Below, piece after piece: positions 19,948 through 29,142 of a stretch of DNA of 64,000 bases. Position numbers and translations under genes: made by a program. The stretch spans positions 11,714 through 75,713 of the IMG/VR virus record IMGVR_UViG_2904156775_000002. One strand, 5' to 3'. The notes under the pieces are model-generated. The model saw only the letters and a program-made list of their open reading frames with translations, was not told where the DNA came from and ran no database searches. Every line of letters starts with the position of its first letter. Within the stretch, counting starts at the first letter, position 1. The stretch comes from a virus. Its lineage: Duplodnaviria; Caudoviricetes.

Positions 19948-21090
19948 ATGATGGCAACATTAGGTTCTTCTTTAACTGCTCCTGAGAGTGGATGGCAAAG
20001 ATTTGATGATGATGATGGTAATATTGTATACGACAGCACTTGGGTAAGCTGGTCTGGTGCAAATTTTTATAAAGCAATGTCCTATTATACTAGAAATGCA
20101 AATGGAATGGTTACAATACCCTTTTATGGAAGTGGATTTCGCTTAATATCTGCAACAAATCATGATTGTGCTTCAAATGTTAGGATTGAAATTGATGGTG
20201 TAGCTGAAACAATTAGCACAGCGTCCACTCTTGTATACCAAGCCTTGGTTTATGAGAAAACAGGGCTTTCAATTGGAAATCATACAGCAATTATAACAAA
20301 TGTCAGTGGCGGTGTTCTCTATATAGACGCGATTGATGTAGATGTGAATGGTGGTTTAGGAATCGGATTTGACCATAATATACTATTTTTTTCTGAACCT
20401 AACACAGCATTTTCAATTGAATCAAATCCTAATCAGACAGTTAATGCAATACCAAAAATGACTAGCAACACAGTTCCAAGTGGCGTGGTAAGCGCAAGCA
20501 CTACTAGGGTTGGATGGGAGCCATACATGTCATTTGACAGGATAGACACAGATGGAAATGGCTGGACTACGAACGAAGGTGTTAAAACAGGTTGGTTAGC
20601 ATATGAATTCCCCGAATCCATATGTATTGACACATATACAATTACCGCACATTATAGCGCATCCTGGGTGAATCTAGCACCAAGAGATTGGACTTTTGAA
20701 GGTTCTTTGGATGGAATTAATTGGAAAGTACTGGAAACAAGAGTGAATGAGATAGCGTGGGGTCCAAAAGAGAAAAGAACATTCTCTGTTAGAAACACAA
20801 GAAAGTTCAAGAAATATCGAATCAATATAACTGCTATAAATGGTGGAAATTACTTAAACATAAATGAAGTGGAAATGTTTAAAGGTGGAGCAACACTGAT
20901 TTCTATCAGGGATAGTGTAGTAGAAAGTGATTTTTTAAACTATGGTTTAAACCTTCAAACACAGAAAACGGATGTAATGTTTATAGATATTTTACAGAAA
21001 AAGAGAAATAGCACAACGTTAGGTTCTGGAAAAACATTCACACATACTGTTGACTTAAATAAATTTAGAATCAATTCAATCAAACTGTAA
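19948..21090 (+). CDS. Adhesin-like protein (jelly-roll, F5/8 discoidin, shared C-terminal motif)
   Basis: MATLGSSLTAPESGWQRFDD; APRDWTFEGSLDG...YRINIT; LGSGKTFTHTVDL. Confidence 0.7.
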   Translation: MMATLGSSLTAPESGWQRFDDDDGNIVYDSTWVSWSGANFYKAMSYYTRNANGMVTIPFYGSGFRLISATNHDCASNVRIEIDGVAETISTASTLVYQALVYEKTGLSIGNHTAIITNVSGGVLYIDAIDVDVNGGLGIGFDHNILFFSEPNTAFSIESNPNQTVNAIPKMTSNTVPSGVVSASTTRVGWEPYMSFDRIDTDGNGWTTNEGVKTGWLAYEFPESICIDTYTITAHYSASWVNLAPRDWTFEGSLDGINWKVLETRVNEIAWGPKEKRTFSVRNTRKFKKYRINITAINGGNYLNINEVEMFKGGATLISIRDSVVESDFLNYGLNLQTQKTDVMFIDILQKKRNSTTLGSGKTFTHTVDLNKFRINSIKL

Positions 21091-21128
21091 ATGGAAGAGA
21101 CATTTTATTGAGATAGGGGAGTGAGAGT

Positions 21129-22241
21129 GTGGCTACAATAGGACAACCATTAACCTCACCAGAAACAGGATGGAAGAGGTATGACAATACTAACGCTAAT
21201 TTTAAGTATATAGGAACTTGGACGCACGATACAGGGTCATTTTACAATTCAACAAGAAGTTGGACTAGCTCTAATGATAGTAAGTTAGTTTTGAAGTTCC
21301 GAGGAACAAGTATAAGGATTTTATCCTATATGAACCAAGACAGAGGGGATGCTTCTATAACGATAGATGGTGTAGGATATACTTACTCAGGTTATAGTTT
21401 AGCGGCAGGCACAGGAGGGACGTATCAAGGACTAGTGTACGAAAATACAAGCCTTTCTGAAAGCGAACATACAGTTGTAATTCAAAAGAAGAGTGGTTCT
21501 TTTTTGGATATTGATGCTTTTGATTTCAGTGAAAGCAGCGAACTCCTAGCCCCTCCGAGAGTAATAGGTGAGCAATTAACTGCGCCAGAAGCAGGATGGA
21601 AAAGGTATGACAATAAGGACTCTAACATTAAATTCACTGGAACTTGGAATAGTTATGCCAATGTTGGTTACAGTAGCGGCGAGTTGACAGGAGCAAATGT
21701 AGTGGGAAATAAGATTGAGTTTTCGTTTAAAGGAACTATGATTCGTATAATAGATGAGGGATTTACCAATAGGTCATCTGTGATCTCTATTACTATAGAT
21801 GGCGTAACTGAAACCTATAGTGCCTATCGGTCTTCATCACAAAACCAAACACTTGTATATGAGAAGACAGGTCTATCGAATAAATTCCATACTGTAACTA
21901 TTGAACTAAAGGAAGCGAGTAAATGGATAGGCTTAGATGCTATAGATATAGATGCTACAGGAGAACTGAGAGAACCATACAATAAATTCTTGATTTCTTC
22001 TAATAGTAGTATATACTCCCTAAGTGAAGAGAATGGGAAGAATGTTCTGATCAATGTCTCTAGCGCATCCGAAAATAACTTTATTAAACATGGATTCATT
22101 GCAACGAGTATTAATTTTATTGGTTTTTTTAAAGATAAAAGTTTTGTTTCTCAAACGAATATCGAAATAGGTGCAGGACGAGTTTTTAAACAATCTATAA
22201 ACACTGAACCTATACCCATAAAAAATATGAGTATAGAATGA
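21129..22241 (+). CDS. Adhesin-like protein (two jelly-roll modules, shared C-terminal motif)
   Basis: ATIGQPLTSPETGWKRYDN and VIGEQLTAPEAGWKRYDN repeats; IGAGRVFKQSIN. Confidence 0.7.
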   Translation: MATIGQPLTSPETGWKRYDNTNANFKYIGTWTHDTGSFYNSTRSWTSSNDSKLVLKFRGTSIRILSYMNQDRGDASITIDGVGYTYSGYSLAAGTGGTYQGLVYENTSLSESEHTVVIQKKSGSFLDIDAFDFSESSELLAPPRVIGEQLTAPEAGWKRYDNKDSNIKFTGTWNSYANVGYSSGELTGANVVGNKIEFSFKGTMIRIIDEGFTNRSSVISITIDGVTETYSAYRSSSQNQTLVYEKTGLSNKFHTVTIELKEASKWIGLDAIDIDATGELREPYNKFLISSNSSIYSLSEENGKNVLINVSSASENNFIKHGFIATSINFIGFFKDKSFVSQTNIEIGAGRVFKQSINTEPIPIKNMSIE

Positions 22242-22275
22242 TCGTTTCATTTAGATAAGAAAAGGAGTTGGGGGA

Positions 22276-24399
22276 ATGGCTAACTGGAATCCCAATAAAA
22301 AAGGTGCTAATGTTACACTTTCCAATGGCAACATAACAGCAACTATATCTGGAAGAGAGGGGGTGTTTGCAACTAGTGGAAAGACAACTGGAAAATATTA
22401 CTTTGAAGTTATTCATGATAGTGGCCCCCGAATTCTATCGATCGGAATCGCTAACGAGATAGCGCCAACAAATGCTACTTGGGTTTTTCAACAGTCGGGA
22501 GTATATTATGGAAATGAAGGTCGACTTTATGGGTTCACTGGCAGTTCTACTAGTGGCACTCCATATGGAAGTACATTTACAGTAGGAGATGTAATTGGAG
22601 TTGCCTTTGATGTTGACGCGAAAACTATCGAGTACTTCAAAAATGGAGTTTCACAGGGTCAAATTACTCATTTATTAACAGGTTCGCAGTTTTATGCATT
22701 TATAAGCAGAGGTAGTACTAGTGGAACTATAACTGCTACAGGTAGATTTTCTATTAATTCTTTTCAGTATCCTATCCCTGCGGGATTCAGTCCATATGAT
22801 GAATATCGGGTACTTGTTTACAATAATGGTTGGAAGAAGTGGAACTCAAACCTTTTAAGTTGGGTAACTGTTACAATTTCCAACCCCACTGAAACTGACT
22901 TTAATTCTGGAATGTCTGATTATGAGTTGTCTTTGATTCCAGAGACAGCTTGGAGTCAATTGATTGGCGAAATTGAAATTAATGCATTCACATCAAATCA
23001 GGATAAAACAGAGGTATTATTTAATGTTGAAACTGAACCATTTACATTGTCACAAGAATGGGATGGAAAGCAGATTCAAATTATCGAATTTACTGATGAT
23101 GCTAACAAAACAGAATCGAGTATTTTGTTAGAGACAGAGCCATTTATGCTTGAAGACTACCTGTCAGGCATTGATAAGTTAGATGTATTATATTACACCG
23201 ATGATACTGAGGTAAGTTCTCCAACTTTGGAGATTGAAGCTAACTATAGTCCTTTAGATGAACTTGGCGATTTCGACATTGTAACGTGGGTGGAAGATGA
23301 CAAGGTTAAACCAACAGTTGGAATCAACGCGTTACCTATAGGACAAGTTTTATTTAATGAAAATACTATTGAGAGATATATTGACATTGAATCTTTTGTC
23401 GCAACTATCGAATCTTCTAATGCAGATGCCAGTTTGATTAGATTCTTCCTATCATTTGATGGAGGATTGTCGTGGAAATCATTTAGGAACAACTATTGGA
23501 AGGAGGGGAAAGATGCTGACTTGACCAATAAATCATTAGTTAGAAGATATGGCATGAGTGCAAATGACTTGATGAGCATTCCTGAGTCCGAAATTAATCG
23601 TATGGTTGATGGCGAATTCAGGATTGGCTACTACATCGAAGAAAGAGCATGGACTGATGAAAATGAGAAGATTACAGAGGTAAGTTACAAAGGTACTGCC
23701 TATGTTGATGATGTGAAATTCTCAGACTTAGCCTTCTATATCTTAAACACAAAAGCAACAATCAATATTATATTCGCCGGAAATAAAGTGCAAGGTGTTC
23801 TTGATGACGAAGATAAAGGTAAAGTTCAATATCGAATCCTTCTTAATGGCGACCCCTATTTCCCTGTGAATGGTGAGTTCACTAGGCTTCTACCTTCCCC
23901 ATTCCAACTGAATGTTGTAGTTGATGATAAGCGAATCAAATTTGGGGAGCAAAATTCCATAATCGTAGAATTTAAAGACTATTGGGGAGAAGTTGATTCA
24001 TGGAGTTCGACCTTTATAGGTACACACTCAGGATTGGTGTTTACAGATGAAATGGGCAACTTCTTTACCACAGCTTTTGGTGAAGTGTTGAAATATCTTG
24101 ATTTTGGTGAAATTATTGCTGGACAGACAACATTAGACCAAAAGGTTATCTTAAAAAATAATATTGGTTATCCAGTAAAAAATGTTCAACTGACAGCAAG
24201 TTATGCTGATAGTGATGTAGCAATTGAAATGTCAAAAGAGCACTCTCCGTTTGAATCACATTCCGAATTGCTATATCCAGACGTTTTGGATATAAACGAA
24301 GAGATTCCTTTTTACGTAAGGATTAGCACCAAACTGACTGCATCACCAAATGCTAATGGAGAGTTTGAAATAAGATTGAATGCAGACAGGGTGATTTAG
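22276..24399 (+). CDS. SPRY-domain phage structural protein
   Basis: WNPNKKGANVTLSNGN...GKYYFEV...FTVGDVIGVAFD...YFKNGVSQG; acidic C-terminal domains (YLDFGEIIAGQTT). Confidence 0.7.
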   Translation: MANWNPNKKGANVTLSNGNITATISGREGVFATSGKTTGKYYFEVIHDSGPRILSIGIANEIAPTNATWVFQQSGVYYGNEGRLYGFTGSSTSGTPYGSTFTVGDVIGVAFDVDAKTIEYFKNGVSQGQITHLLTGSQFYAFISRGSTSGTITATGRFSINSFQYPIPAGFSPYDEYRVLVYNNGWKKWNSNLLSWVTVTISNPTETDFNSGMSDYELSLIPETAWSQLIGEIEINAFTSNQDKTEVLFNVETEPFTLSQEWDGKQIQIIEFTDDANKTESSILLETEPFMLEDYLSGIDKLDVLYYTDDTEVSSPTLEIEANYSPLDELGDFDIVTWVEDDKVKPTVGINALPIGQVLFNENTIERYIDIESFVATIESSNADASLIRFFLSFDGGLSWKSFRNNYWKEGKDADLTNKSLVRRYGMSANDLMSIPESEINRMVDGEFRIGYYIEERAWTDENEKITEVSYKGTAYVDDVKFSDLAFYILNTKATINIIFAGNKVQGVLDDEDKGKVQYRILLNGDPYFPVNGEFTRLLPSPFQLNVVVDDKRIKFGEQNSIIVEFKDYWGEVDSWSSTFIGTHSGLVFTDEMGNFFTTAFGEVLKYLDFGEIIAGQTTLDQKVILKNNIGYPVKNVQLTASYADSDVAIEMSKEHSPFESHSELLYPDVLDINEEIPFYVRISTKLTASPNANGEFEIRLNADRVI

Positions 24400-24431
24400 T
24401 CTCAATACAATGAGATTGGAAGTGGACAACC

Positions 24432-26147
24432 ATGGACGATGAATATGAGTACGACTTAGAAGCTATTTTTGCGGTCAGGACACTCTCAAATAAAATTGAG
24501 GGTGTTTTTAAGCTATATGCGGTTGATGATTCAGATATAGAAACGTCATTCGTTGTTGCAACAAGAGACAACAGTGATTTGGACATGGAGTTATCTGTAA
24601 AGGTACGCAGAGAAGCAGATTTGAATAGCACCTTCGATGTAAAGTACAGAGATAGCGACGATATTGAAGCTACATTTGAAGTTGTTGGCTCTTCTTATTT
24701 GGAGTCCACGTTGGAAATCAGACCCAATAACAGAATGTTCGGCAGATTTGAACTGCTGCCAGCACCAAGAGTAAATCAATTGATTTCGAGCGTTGAAGAT
24801 TCAACAACTCGTAGCAGAGAAGACTTGAGAACACTGAACTATGGCGATTCTCAAAAAATGATGATTGGCAGAATTTTTGATGCTGACCTTGGAGAAGACT
24901 ATCTCGAATCCTTTGTTAAATTCGGAGATGTTTCCAAAAACCTAATGGACTTGGCTATACTTGAAGAAGCGAGTCTGAGGTTATATTACACAGGCGACTT
25001 TTATGACACTGTTAATATAGAGCTTTGTTTGCCAAATCAAAATTGGCAGGAGCGTGGCATTACACATGCGAATAAACCACTTCCAAGTGAGCTAATAACA
25101 GACAAATTTACAATCAACAAAGATAAGCGTTATATTGAATTTGACATTAAAGAGACTTTCATGCATTGGTTCAATGGGGATATTAAAAACTTTGGTTTCC
25201 TGATAAGGTCGAACAACGGTTATTCTACTAGCTTCTATACAAGAGAAAGTAGTCGTCCTCCTGTATTAAACATTAATTATATATCAGATCAAGTCTACAG
25301 TGCAGGCAGAAGTGAAATTGAATCTACAATGTTCATTATTGGTAAAGGTTACTCTGACATAAACGCAACGTTTGAAGTTCATAGTGATTATGGATTTGAT
25401 GAGCGTGAGGCAACGTTGTATGTTCACAGAGCAGAGGTTCCATTGGAAGAAGATTTGGATTCCTTGATTGCGATTAGCAAACCAGACCAAAACGTAACGT
25501 TTAGGATAGCACTTCGAGACGAAGATGATAAAGATATAACCATTGCAGTTATTGCAAAGAAGAATGAAGAGTTTAAGTCTTATATTAGCGTAAGCAGACC
25601 AGAAATTGATGGTATGATTGCGGTTGACCCTAACATTTCAATGCCTATCACCATTGAAGTTAAAGGCGAAGAAAAAGAGGATTTTGTTTCATTCCTTACT
25701 GTCACAAGAGGGAAGATTGAGCTTGGATTCAAAGTTAGGGCGATTGACCATGGTGATTTGAGTTCGACAATTGAAGTTCCTAACTACGATTATCTTGACT
25801 CTGTAATTACTGTATCGAATCCAGACTTAGAAATGACTTTTGACATCCATACGATTGACCTAAAAGACGTAACATTTGTAGTCAAAGAGAAAGAATATCT
25901 TGATGCTACATTCTTGGTTTACCAGCATAGCAATTTGGATATGTCCTTTGATATTAAATACGCTAACGAGATTGATGCAACGTTCGTGGTTAGCAAACCA
26001 GAACTGTCAGGCTACTTCTATCCTAGGGCAATCGGTGAAGATGAACTTGAATTGACATATCAAATTAGACAATTGGATGCAAGTGACTTAGATATATTCC
26101 TTACAGTTAAAGGAGAAGACAGCGGAGCGTACTACTTCATACTGTAA
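24432..26147 (+). CDS. DNRLRE/CBM96-like domain protein flanked by short acidic repeats
   Basis: LNYGDSQKMMIG...ESFVKF...ASLRLY...WQERGITHANKP...FYTRES..RPPVL; repeated DLxxTFxV units. Confidence 0.65.
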   Translation: MDDEYEYDLEAIFAVRTLSNKIEGVFKLYAVDDSDIETSFVVATRDNSDLDMELSVKVRREADLNSTFDVKYRDSDDIEATFEVVGSSYLESTLEIRPNNRMFGRFELLPAPRVNQLISSVEDSTTRSREDLRTLNYGDSQKMMIGRIFDADLGEDYLESFVKFGDVSKNLMDLAILEEASLRLYYTGDFYDTVNIELCLPNQNWQERGITHANKPLPSELITDKFTINKDKRYIEFDIKETFMHWFNGDIKNFGFLIRSNNGYSTSFYTRESSRPPVLNINYISDQVYSAGRSEIESTMFIIGKGYSDINATFEVHSDYGFDEREATLYVHRAEVPLEEDLDSLIAISKPDQNVTFRIALRDEDDKDITIAVIAKKNEEFKSYISVSRPEIDGMIAVDPNISMPITIEVKGEEKEDFVSFLTVTRGKIELGFKVRAIDHGDLSSTIEVPNYDYLDSVITVSNPDLEMTFDIHTIDLKDVTFVVKEKEYLDATFLVYQHSNLDMSFDIKYANEIDATFVVSKPELSGYFYPRAIGEDELELTYQIRQLDASDLDIFLTVKGEDSGAYYFIL

Positions 26148-26274
26148 TCTATAACTTCAGGAGCTTCTGAATTTTATTGAGAGTCAAGATAGGTGTTTAC
26201 AGCAATATCCTGCAATTTATAAGAAATGCGGGATATTGCTTATTTATATTGAAAAAATTAAAGGAGCGGATATT

Positions 26275-26616
26275 ATGTCATTCTACACCGATACATATCT
26301 GAGGATTTGGGGAAATAAAGATGTGAAAACTGCCACCGTTACTTCGGCCAATAATGGCATTGTAATAAACCTTGAAGATTCAACATCTTATACAATCGCA
26401 CTTCCATCTAAACCCTACAAGTGGGACGATGTGCGACGAAAATCCGAATTAGTGGATGAGATTAATGCTCGGCTAAGATTATCTAATGCCAAAGTAGAAT
26501 GTTACATTGGCGGAGTCTCTAAGGATACGAAATACGATTGCTTAGTTTTCAGGGCAACAGGTAACTATAAAGTTTCAAGTGTTGCCGGTACATTTACCGA
26601 TGAGTTTTTCAAGTAA
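26275..26616 (+). CDS. Phage hypothetical protein
   Basis: RBS aaggag precedes the ATG at 26275. Confidence 0.6.
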   Translation: MSFYTDTYLRIWGNKDVKTATVTSANNGIVINLEDSTSYTIALPSKPYKWDDVRRKSELVDEINARLRLSNAKVECYIGGVSKDTKYDCLVFRATGNYKVSSVAGTFTDEFFK

Positions 26617-26648
26617 TTCTATCAAAATCAAGCGTTGTATGAAAATGT

Positions 26649-26678
26649 AAGAGTGTCTATAGAGGCACTCTTTTTTTT
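26649..26678 (+). terminator. Terminator-like hairpin before the lysis genes
   Basis: aagagtgtct/aggcactctt stem followed by T tract. Confidence 0.6.
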
Positions 26679-26700
26679 CTAAATGCTAGGAGGAGAAAAT

Positions 26701-27150
26701 TTGCAACTAGGAGCCTATATAAACTTTTGGACAACTAAAGAGATCACATTTTACGGCGTTGTGGGAGGGATTGGAACTTATATGTTTGGAACATTTACAG
26801 GCATTTTAGAAGTTCTATTTCTTGCCATGGCATTTGACTGGATTACAGGGGTGACCGCTTCAGTCATTGAAAAGAAAACACTAACAGCGATTAATAGTAA
26901 AAAGAATTTCATTGGTGGAGTGAAGAAATTCTTTATGATCATGATCGTCTTTCTTTCTCATCGTATAGATTTGGCTTTCGATCTAAATTGGGTAATGACA
27001 GGTGTAATTTATTTTTGGTTAATTAATGAGTTTATCTCTATCTCTGAAAACTTTTCAAGAATGGAAATTCCATTTCCTGCACAATTAAAGAAGTTTATCG
27101 CTATCTTAAAAGATAGATCATCTTACGACGAAAAGAAAAGCAATGAATAA
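26701..27150 (+). CDS. Phage holin (Phage_holin_4/toxin-secretion family)
   Basis: FDWITGV...KK...HRID...NEFISISENF..MEIPFP..LKKFIAILK; TTG start after aggagg. Confidence 0.88.
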   Translation: MQLGAYINFWTTKEITFYGVVGGIGTYMFGTFTGILEVLFLAMAFDWITGVTASVIEKKTLTAINSKKNFIGGVKKFFMIMIVFLSHRIDLAFDLNWVMTGVIYFWLINEFISISENFSRMEIPFPAQLKKFIAILKDRSSYDEKKSNE

Positions 27151-27192
27151 AAGAGAGAAAACAAATTAGTAAATTGAAATGAAGGTGAACCA

Positions 27193-28032
27193 ATGGCTTT
27201 TTTGATGAAGTACGAAGTTAAGCAAAAACTTTTAACAAAAAAAACAAAAAGACGATCTGGTATCTGTATGCCTTCTGTTAAATTCATAGTGTCGCATGAT
27301 ACTGGTAATGATGGAAGTACGGCCTTAGGGAACGTGACATACTATGAAAGGTCTAATAATGAAAAAGAAGCATCCGCACATACCTTTATTGATGATAAAG
27401 ATATTATTGAATGCATCCCACTTACAACTGGACAACCAGAAAAAGCGTGGCATGTTTTGTATAATATAACTGAAGATAACAGGCTATTTGGCGGAAATGC
27501 AAATGATATTGCTGCCGGTGTTGAGCTTTGTTATTCATATACAAAAGGCTCAATAAATAATAAAGAATCGTATAAGAGATATGTTTGGTATCATGCATAT
27601 TTATGTTTTAAATATAATATCGATCCTAAAAAGAATATATGCGGTCACAATGAATTGGATCCATCACGTAAAACTGATCCATTTAAAAATGCATTAAAGA
27701 TAATGAATATCAGTAAAGCTCAATTTATTGAGGATGTAATAAATGAGTATGATGAATGTACAATTAAGGAGAGTCAACCGATGACAATAGAAGAGAAAAC
27801 AGCTTTCAATAATCTAAAAGATATTGTTGAGAAACAAACAAAAATCATTACTACACTACATTCAACCATTAAATCCCTTCAAGAAAGAGATAAAATGCCG
27901 CAGATCCCTGAGTTCGCTAAGGAAGCAGTTGAAACAGCGGTTAAAGCTGGCTTGGTGGATACACCTGAAGGTGGCTCATATGATTTTTATCGATTAATTA
28001 CTGTTCTGCATCGCAATAAATTGATATTTTAG
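27193..28032 (+). CDS. Endolysin, N-acetylmuramoyl-L-alanine amidase (Amidase_2) with SLH-like C-terminus
   Basis: IVSHDTGN, SAHTFIDD, AWHV, GVELC, GHNELDPSRKTDP. Confidence 0.9.
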   Translation: MAFLMKYEVKQKLLTKKTKRRSGICMPSVKFIVSHDTGNDGSTALGNVTYYERSNNEKEASAHTFIDDKDIIECIPLTTGQPEKAWHVLYNITEDNRLFGGNANDIAAGVELCYSYTKGSINNKESYKRYVWYHAYLCFKYNIDPKKNICGHNELDPSRKTDPFKNALKIMNISKAQFIEDVINEYDECTIKESQPMTIEEKTAFNNLKDIVEKQTKIITTLHSTIKSLQERDKMPQIPEFAKEAVETAVKAGLVDTPEGGSYDFYRLITVLHRNKLIF

Positions 28033-28254
28033 TTTTCTGTTCCAATTTATAATTTAGTGTTTTTTATGATCAGCTTAGCATAAATAGTTATAAACGAGAT
28101 ACTAATATGGCTAGGAAAGCATGTGGATTTAAAGGAAAAACACTGAAAAATGTCATCCTAAACAAGTGAAATAACTAATCTTAGCCTCCCTCAAGAGAAA
28201 ATAATGTCATCCTAAATTGATATTTTTTCAGATCTTACTTGAGAGAGGATTTTT

Positions 28255-28632
28255 TTATTCATCAGTCCAATATGTTTGTCTGTTTTTCGACATAAATGTT
28301 TTTGTACCGTCTTTAAAGTAGATGGTCAACTCTTCATATACGGGACTAACCCTAATACTCTCTATCCTATCTATCAGCTCTTCTGCTACAACTGTATCTT
28401 TGTTATCTTTACTGCTTCCTCTACCACCGATAATCCCTATATCCTTATACATATCAATTATAAAATGATTATGAATAAGTTCTAGCAGCCATTCCTCTTC
28501 CACTTTCCATCTAACGCAGCTACGGTAATTATGATACCCAGAACAAATGTACTTGCGCTTCCCTCTTTCGTTAACACCTCGAAAATTTTGATTGCAGTTG
28601 AGACATTTAATTTTCTTTGAAAAAAGATACAT
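28255..28632 (-). CDS. Stand-alone large-serine-recombinase zinc-ribbon domain protein
   Basis: LFSKKIKCLNC...KYICSGY...C, then IDRIESIRV...LTIYFKDG; strong RBS GGGAGGT and its own promoter. Confidence 0.75.
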   Translation of the reverse strand: MYLFSKKIKCLNCNQNFRGVNERGKRKYICSGYHNYRSCVRWKVEEEWLLELIHNHFIIDMYKDIGIIGGRGSSKDNKDTVVAEELIDRIESIRVSPVYEELTIYFKDGTKTFMSKNRQTYWTDE

Positions 28633-28653
28633 AGCTTACCTCCCATATAGTTT

Positions 28654-28682
28654 ATTTTATAGCCTTAACAAATGTTATACAA
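28654..28682 (-). promoter_or_regulatory. Sigma-A promoter of the zinc-ribbon gene
   Basis: TTGTAT-17 nt-TAAAAT on the minus strand; palindrome TAACAAATGTTA (28666-28677) in the spacer region. Confidence 0.55.
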
Positions 28683-28686
28683 ACAC

Positions 28687-28716
28687 TTGATTTTAAGTTA
28701 AGTTGTATGATATGAT
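28687..28716 (+). promoter_or_regulatory. Sigma-A promoter of tRNA-Val
   Basis: TTGATT-18 nt-TATGAT with TG extension, 12 nt upstream of the tRNA. Confidence 0.5.
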
Positions 28717-28728
28717 AATTTTCGTTGA

Positions 28729-28803
28729 AGGACGGTAGCTCAGAGGGAGAGCATTATCTTGACAGGGTAAGGGTCATGGGTTCGATCCCCATCCGTCCTA
28801 CCA
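28729..28803 (+). tRNA. tRNA-Val (GAC)
   Basis: Cloverleaf: AGGACGG/CCGTCCT acceptor, GCTC/GAGC D arm, TTATC-TTGACAG-GGTAA anticodon arm, ATGGG-TTCGATC-CCCAT T arm, encoded CCA. Confidence 0.93.
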
Positions 28804-28817
28804 TAAACAATCAATGC

Positions 28818-28844
28818 GAGAAGACAATGGTCTTCTCTTTTTTT
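28818..28844 (+). terminator. Terminator after tRNA-Val
   Basis: gagaagac/gtcttctc stem followed by T tract. Confidence 0.7.
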
Positions 28845-29142
28845 ATTTTCCATTGAAAAGTTAAGAAAGACACTCGTTTTGCGAATGTCTTTTTTGGTTT
28901 TATATTCATTATGGATAATTTTTTCTTGAAAAATAAACTTAGCAGGTGAAACCAGATGTAGTGCTCTCGCTGAGCTAATCACGTTAGCGAAAAGATATTA
29001 TATAACAAATATACGGGCGAAGGTCAACATTTTGGGCATCTGATTTTCAAAAAAATTTACCTGTAGAGGAATACCTTGCAACCTATTGGTCAAAGCTTCC
29101 GTCAAAGAATATGCAGCTGCAAATACAAAACGAGGTGAGCAC

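Larger units (their letters stand above)
1..28728 (+). mobile_element. Prophage or phage-tail element 1 (SPbeta-like siphovirus tail, adhesin array and lysis modules); left end outside the window
   Basis: Co-oriented major tail, tape measure, Dit, Tal, fibre-like, holin and amidase genes, ending at a recombinase zinc-ribbon ORF and a tRNA. Confidence 0.85.

Noticed and set aside
16778-24399. Invertase-driven shufflon
   Set aside because: All genes are co-oriented with their own starts; no inverted cassettes or adjacent catalytic recombinase
28740-28982. 80 aa minus-strand ORF
   Set aside because: Overlaps tRNA-Val and its terminators; spurious
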